Below, piece after piece: positions 57,201 through 64,000 of a stretch of 64,000 nucleotides of DNA. Each line of letters begins with the position of its first letter. Position 1 is the stretch's first letter. This DNA comes from the human T2T-CHM13v2.0 reference genome, Homo sapiens, in assembly GCF_009914755.1 (NCBI RefSeq), contig NC_060933.1, one strand, 5' to 3'. A model generated the notes under the pieces. It searched no databases and had not been told where the DNA came from. It worked only from the letters and a program-made list of their open reading frames with translations. Both the position numbers and the translations under genes were made by a program.

Positions 57201-59460
57201 TGGATTGGAATATAATGGAGTGTAAGGGAATTGAATAGAATCAATCTGAATGTAATGAAATGGAATGGAACGGAACGGAATGGAATGGAATGGAATGGAA
57301 TCAACCCGAGTACAGGGGAATGGAATGGAATGGAATGCAATGGAATGGAATCATCCGTAATGGAATGGAAAGGAATGGAATGGAATGGAATGGAATGGAA
57401 TGGAATGGAATGGAATGGAATCAACTCGATTGCAATCGAATGGAATGGAATGGAATTAACCCGAATAGACAGGAATGGAATGGAACGGAACGGAACGTAA
57501 TGGAATGGAATGGAATGGAATGGAACGGAACGGAATGGAATGGGATGGAATGGAATGGAATGGAATCAACGCGAGTGCAGGGGAATGGAATGGAATGGAA
57601 TGCAAAGGAATGGAATCTTCCGGAATGGAATGGAATGGAATGGAATGGAATGAAATGCAATGGATTCAACTCGATTGCAATGGAATGGAATAGAATGGAA
57701 TGGAATGGAATGGAATGGAATTAATCCAAATAGAATGGAATGGAATGGAATGGAACGGAATGGAACGGAATGGAATGGAATGGAATGGAATGGAATGGTA
57801 TGGAATGGAATGGAATGGTACGGAATAGAATGGAATGGAACGAATTGTAATGGAATGGAATTGAATGGAATGGAATGGAATGGAATGGAATCAACGCGAG
57901 TGCAGGGGAATGTAATGGAAAGGAATGCAATGGAATGGAATCATCCGGAATGGAATGGAATGGAATGGAATGGAATGGAATGGAATCAACCCGAGTGCAA
58001 TGGAATGGAGTGGAATGGAATGGAATGGAATGGAACAACCCGAATGGAATGGAATGTAATGGAGAGTAAGGGAGTTGAATAGAATCAATCCGAATGTAAT
58101 GGAATGGAATGCAACGGAATGGAATGGAATGGAATGGAATGGAATGCAATGGAATGGAATCAACCCGAGTACAATGGAATGGAATGGAATGGAATGGAAT
58201 TTAATGGAATGGAATGGAATGGAATGGAATGATACGGAATAGAATGGAATGGAACGAAATGGAATGGAATGGAATGGAATGGAATGGAATGGAATGGAAT
58301 CGTTCCGAGTGGAATAGGAGGGAATGTTTTCGAGTGGAATGGAAAGGAATGGAATCAACCAGAGTGGAATGGAAGGGAATGGAATGGAATGGAAACTAAT
58401 AGAATGGAATCAACCCGACTGGAATGGAATGGAAAGGACTGGAATGGAATGGAATGGAATGGAATCAACTCGATTGTAATGGAATGGAATGGAATGGAAT
58501 GGAATGGAATTAACCCGAATACAATGGAATGGAATGGAATGGAACGGAATGGAGTGGAATGGAATGGAATCAACCCGAGAGGATGGGAATGGAATGGTAT
58601 GGAATGCAATGGAATGGAATCATCCGGAATGGAATGGAATGGAATGGAATGCAAAGCAATGGAATCAACTCGATTGCAATGGAATGGAATGGAATGGAAA
58701 GGAATACATTGGAATCAACCGGAGTGGAATGGAATGGAAAGGACAGGAATGGAGTGGAATGGAATGGAATGGAATGGAATGGAATCAACTCGATTGGAGT
58801 GGAATGGAATTGAATGGAATGGAATGGAATCAACTCGATTGGAATGGAATGGAATGGAATGGAATGGAATGGAATTAACCCGAATAGAATGGAATGGAAT
58901 GGAATGGAATGGAACGAAATGGAATGGAATGGAATGGAATGGAATGGAATGGAATGGAATGGAATCAACCCGACTACAGGGGAATGGAATGGAATGGAAT
59001 GCAATGGAATGGATTCAACTTGAATGGAATGGAAAGAATGGAATCAACACGAGTGGAATGGCATGGATTGGAATGGAATGGAATAGAATCAACCCGAGTA
59101 CAGGGGAATGGAATGGAATGGAATGCAATGGAATGGAATCAACCGTAATGGAATGGAAAGGAATGGAATGGAATGGAATGGTATGGAATGGAATCAACTC
59201 GATTGCAATCGAATGGAATGGAATGGAATTAACCCGAATAGAATGGAATGGAATGGAATGGAACGGAACGGAACGGAACGGAGTGGAATGGAATGGAATG
59301 GAATTGTATGGAATGGAATGGCATGGTACGGAATAGAATGGAATGGAAATAATTGGAATGGAATGGAATCGAATGGAATGGAATGGAATGGAATGGAATC
59401 AACCCGAGTGCAGGGTAATGTAATGGAACGGAATGCAATGGAATGGAATCATCCGGAATG
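54290..59460 (+). repeat. Tandem duplication with ~3.0 kb period (about 54290-56460 vs 57300-59460)
   Basis: Shared AATGTTTTCG (55321/58323), ACCCGACTGG (55411/58413), AATTTAATGG and ACCCGACTACAGG (55951/58968). ORF twins 54658/57660 and 54889/57891 are offset by 3002. Confidence 0.87.
56253..56287 (+). repeat. (GGAAC)7 variant microsatellite run
   Basis: Seven consecutive GGAAC units. Five-unit runs occur at the homologous module position at ~13836, 15030 and 18985. Confidence 0.9.
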
Positions 59461-60189
59461 GAATGGAATGCAATGGAATGGAATCAACCAGAGTGCAATG
59501 GAATGGAGAGGAATGGAATGGAATGGAATGGAAACTACCCGAATGGAATGGAATGTAATGGAGTGTAAGGGAATTGAATAGAATCAATCCGAATGGAATG
59601 GAATGGAATGGAACGGAATGTAATGGAATGGAATGGAATGGAATCAACCCGAGTGAAGGGGAATGGAATGGAATGGAATGCAATGGAATGGAATCATACG
59701 GAATGGAATGGAATGGAATGCAGTGGAATGGAATGGAATGGAATCAACCCGAGTGCAATGGAATGGAGTGAAATGGAATGGAATGGAATGGAAACAACCA
59801 GAATGGATTGGAATATAATGGAGTGTAAGGGAATTGAATAGAATCAATCTGAATGTAATGAAATGGAATGGAACGGAATGGAATGTAATGGAATGGAATG
59901 GAATGCAATGGAATGGAATCAACCCGAGTGCAATCGAATGGAATCGAATGGAATGGAATGCAGTGGAATGGATTCAACTTGAATGGAATGGAAAGAATGG
60001 AATCAATAGGAGTTGAATGGCATGGATTGGAATGGAATCGAATGGAATCAACCCGAGTATAGGGGAATGGAATGGTATGGAATGCAATGGAATGGAATCA
60101 TCCGTAATGGAATGGAAAGGAATGGAATGGAATGGAATGGAATGGAATGGAATGGAATCAACTCGATTGCAATCGAATGGAATGGAATG

Positions 60190-61250
60190 GAATTAACCCG
60201 AATAGAATGGAATGGAATGGAATGGAATGGAACGGAATGGAATGGAATGGAATGGAATTGAATGGAATGGAACGGAACGGAATGGAATGGAATGGAATGG
60301 AATGGAATGGAATCAACGCGAGTGCAGGGTAATGGAATGGAATGGAATGCAACGGTATGGAATCTTCCGGAATGGAATGGAATGGAATGGAATGGAATGG
60401 AATGAAATGCAATGGATTCAACTCTATTGCAATGGAATGGAATAGAATTGAATGGAATGGAATTGAATGGAATTAATTCGAATAGAATGGAACGGAATGG
60501 AATGGAACGGAATGCAACGGAATGGAATGGAATGGAATGGAATGGAATGGTATGGAATGGAGTGGAATGGTACGGAATAGAATGGAATGGAACGAATTGT
60601 AAAGGAATGGAATTGAATGGAATGGAATGGAATGGAATGGAATCAACGCGAGTGCAGGGGAATGTAATGGAACGGAATGCAATGGAATGGAATCATCCGG
60701 AATGGAATGGAATGGAATGGAATTAACCCGAATAGAATGGAATGGAATGGAATGGAATGGAACGGAACGGAATGGAATGGAATGGAATTGAATGGAATGG
60801 AACGGAACGGAATGGAATGGAATGGAATGGAATGGAATGGAATCAACGCGAGTGCAGGGGAATGGAATGGAATGGAATGCAATGGTATGGAATCTTCCGG
60901 AATAGAATGGAATGGAATGGAATGGAATGGAATGGAATGAAATGCAATGGATTCAACTCGATTGCAATGGAATGGAATAGAATTGAATGGAATGCAATGG
61001 AATGGAATTAATTCGAATAGAATGGAATGGAATGGAATGGAACGGAATGCAACGGAATGGAATGGAATGGAATGGAATGGAATGGTATGGAATGGAATGG
61101 AATGGTACGGAATAGAATGGAATGGAACGAATTGTAATGGAATGGAATTGAATGGAATGGAATGGAATGGAATGGAATCAACGCGAGTGCAGGGGAATGT
61201 AATGGAACGGAATGCAATGGAATGGAATCATCCGGAATGGAATGGAATGG
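60190..61250 (+). repeat. Tandem duplication, unit ~535 bp
   Basis: GGTATGGAATCTTCCGG (~60354/60884), AATTAATTCGAATAG (~60471/61006) and AATAGAATTG are shared. ORF twins 60412/60947 and 60473/61008 are offset by 535. Confidence 0.88.
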
Positions 61251-64000
61251 AATGGAATGGAATGGAATGGAATGGAATCAACCCGAGTGCAATGGAATGG
61301 AATGGAATGGAATGGAATGGAATGGAATGGAACAACCCGAATGGAATTGAATGTAATGGAGAGTAAGGGAGTTGAATAGAATCAATCCAAATGTAATGGA
61401 ATGGAATGCAACGGAATGGAATGGAATGGAATGGAATGGAATGGAATGCAATGGAATAGAATCAACCCGAGTACAATGGAATGGAATGGAATGGAATGGA
61501 ATGGAATGGAATGGAATGGAATGGAATGATACGGAATAGAATGGAATGGAACGAAATGGAATGGAATGGAATGGAATGGAATGGAATGGAATGGAATGGA
61601 ATGGAATCGTTCTGAGTGGAATAGGAGGGAATGTATTCGAGTGGAATGGAAAGGAATGGAAGCAACCAGAGTGGAATGGAAGGGATTGGAATGGAATGGA
61701 AACTAATAGAATGGAATCAACCCGAGAGGAATGGAATGGAAAGGACTGGAATGGAATGGAATGGAATGGAATCAACTCGATTGAAATGGACTGGAATGGA
61801 ATGGAATGGAATGGAATGGAATGGAATGGAATTAACCCGAATACAATGCAATGGAATGGAATGGCACGGAATGGAGTGGAATCGAATGGAATCAACCCGA
61901 GTGCAGGGGAATGGAATGGAATGGAATGCAATGGAATGGAATCATCCGGAATGGAATGGAATGGAATGGAATGCAAAGCAATGGAATCAACTCGATTGCA
62001 ATGGAATGGAATGGAATGGAAAGGAATACATTGGAATCAACCCGAGTGGAATGGAATGGAAAGGAGTGGAATGGAGTGGAATGGAATGGAATGGAATGGA
62101 ATGGAATCAACTCGATTTTAATGGAATGGAATGGAATGGAATGGAATGGAATGGAATGGAATGGAATGGAATGGAATTAATCCGAATAGAATGGAATGGA
62201 ATGGAATGGAACGGAACGGAATGGAATGGAATGGAATGGAATGGAATGGAATGGAATGGAAACAACCCGACTGCAGGGGAATGGAATGGAATGGAATGCA
62301 ATGGAATGGATTCAACTTGAATGGAATGGAAAGAATGGAATCAACACGAGTGGAATGGCATGGATTGGAATGGAATGGAATGGAATCAACCCGAGTACAG
62401 GGGAATGGAATGGAATGGAATGCAATGGAATGGAATCATCCGAAATGGAATGGAAAGGAATGGAATGGAATTGAATGGAATGGAATGGAATCAACTCGAT
62501 TGCAATCGAATGGAATGGAATGGAATTAACCCGAATAGAATGGAATGGAATGGAATGGAACGGAACGGAACGGAATGGAATGGATTGGAATGGAATGGAA
62601 TGGAATGGAATGGAACGGAAAGGAATGGAATGGAATGGAATGGAATGGAAGGGAATGGAATGCAATGGAATGGAATCAACCCGAGTACAATGGAATGGAA
62701 TGGAATGGAATGGAATGGAATGGAATGGAATGATACGGAATTGAATGGAATGGAACGAAATGGAATGGAATGGAATGGAATGGAATGGAATGGAATGGAA
62801 TGGAATCGTTCCGAGTGGAATAGGAGGGAATGTATTCGAGTGGAATGGAAAGGAATGGAATCAACCAGAGTGGAATGGAAGAGAATGGAATGGAATGGAA
62901 ACTAATAGAATGGAATCAACCCGAGAGGAATGGAATGGAAAGGACTGGAATGGAATGGAATGGAATGGAATCAACTCGATTGTAATGGAATGGAATGGAA
63001 TGGAATGGAATTAACCCGAATACAATGGAATGGAATGGAATGGAACGGAATGGAGTGGAATGGAATGGAATCAACCCGAGTGCAGGGGAATGGAATGGAA
63101 TGGAATGCAATGGAATGGAATCATCCGGAATGGAATGGAATGGAATGGAATGCAAAGCAATGGAATCAACTCGATTACAATGGAATGGAATGGAATGGAA
63201 CGGAACGGAACGGAATGGAATGGATGGGAATGGAATGGAATGGAATGGAATGGAACGGAAAGGAATGGAATGGAATGGAATGGAATGGAATGGAATGGAA
63301 TCAACGCGAGTGCAGGGGAATGGAATGGAATGGAATGCAATGGAATGGAATCTTCCGGAATGGAATGGAATGGAATGGAATGGAATGGAATGGAACAACC
63401 CGAATGGAATGGAATGTAATGGAGAGTAAGGGAGTTGAATAGAATAAATCCGAATGTAATGGAATAGAATGGAACAGAATGGAATTGAATGGAATGGAAT
63501 GGAATGCAATGGAATGGAATCAACCCGAGTTCAATGGAATAGAGAGGAATGGAATGGAATGGAATGGAATCTACCCGAATGGAAGGTAATGTAATGGAGT
63601 GTTAGGGAATTGAATAGAATCAATCCGAATGTAATGGAATGGAATGGAACGGAATGGAATGGAATGGAATGGAATGGAATGGAATGCAATGGAATGGAAT
63701 AAACCCGAGTGCAATCGAATGGAATCGAACGGAATGGAATGCAATGGAATGGATTCAACTTGAATGGAATGGAAAGAATGGAATCAACAAGAGTGGAATG
63801 GCATGGATTGGAATGGAATGGAATGGAATCAACCTGAGTACAGGGGAATGGAATGGAATGGAATGCAATGGAATGGAATCATCCGTAATGGAATGGAAAG
63901 GAATGGAATGGAATGGAATGGAATGGAATGGAATGGAATGGAATGGAATCAACTCGATTGCAATCGAATGGAATGGAATGGAATTAACCCGAATAGAATG

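Larger units (their letters stand above)
1..64000 (+). repeat. Human/hominoid Satellite 3 (HSat3, satellite III) pericentromeric array, (GGAAT)n with CAACCCGA(G/A)T interruptions; GGAAT strand is + throughout
   Basis: Continuous GGAAT pentamers from base 1 to 64000 with hundreds of CAACCCGAGT/TAACCCGAAT decamers, the classical hallmark of satellite 3. The HSat2-type CATTCGATTC backbone is not dominant. No unique or non-satellite segment was seen. Confidence 0.98.

Noticed and set aside
168-63952. Hundreds of overlapping ORFs (MEWNG... on +, IPFHS... on -), up to 355 aa
   Set aside because: (GGAAT)n has no stop codon in any frame on either strand and supplies an ATG every 5 bp. The ORFs overlap in all frames and show no domain, codon or splice structure.
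1-64000. CRISPR-like or msDNA/retron-like array suggested by conserved modules separated by spacers
   Set aside because: The spacers are themselves GGAAT runs rather than unique sequences, their lengths vary widely, and there is no cas or RT gene.
1-64000. Embedded transposon (Alu/L1/LTR), alpha satellite, CENP-B box or telomeric repeat
   Set aside because: No poly-A tail, target-site duplication, non-pentamer stretch longer than a few tens of bases, 171-bp alphoid sequence or TTAGGG run was seen.
1-64000. HSat2, or Y-chromosome DYZ1 / chr15 1.8-kb regular HOR identity
   Set aside because: Long pure GGAAT runs with CAACCCGAGT indicate HSat3, and no constant 3.6-kb or 1.8-kb period persists (an 1837-bp offset appears only at ~1.1/2.9 kb).

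Overview
The whole 64 kb window is primate (human-type) Satellite 3 (HSat3, classical satellite III). It consists of (GGAAT)n on the + strand, interrupted by the diagnostic decamer CAACCCGA(G/A)T and a small vocabulary of other 10-70 bp variant modules. I see no protein-coding gene, RNA gene, transposon insertion, CRISPR array or strand inversion. All ORFs in the track are the poly-(MEWNG)/(IPFHS) read-out of a stop-free pentamer. The interest lies in internal architecture: (i) an irregular higher-order structure built from re-shuffled modules, with nested tandem duplications (about 0.5, 0.6, 1.25, 2.6, 3.0, 3.95 and 4.3 kb) and dispersed copies 10-21 kb apart; (ii) about 31 perfect three-unit heat-shock elements (GGAATCTTCCGGAAT), roughly one per 2 kb; (iii) a recurrent 14-bp perfect palindrome; (iv) an invariant 174-bp spacing between two paralogous modules; (v) a 5-bp register that only ever slips by -1. 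The recurrent AATCAACCCGAGTGCAATCG motif suggests the chromosome 9q12 type (HSat3B5), but this is recalled, not verified. All counts and coordinates were made by eye and duplication boundaries are approximate. I found no new coding system.
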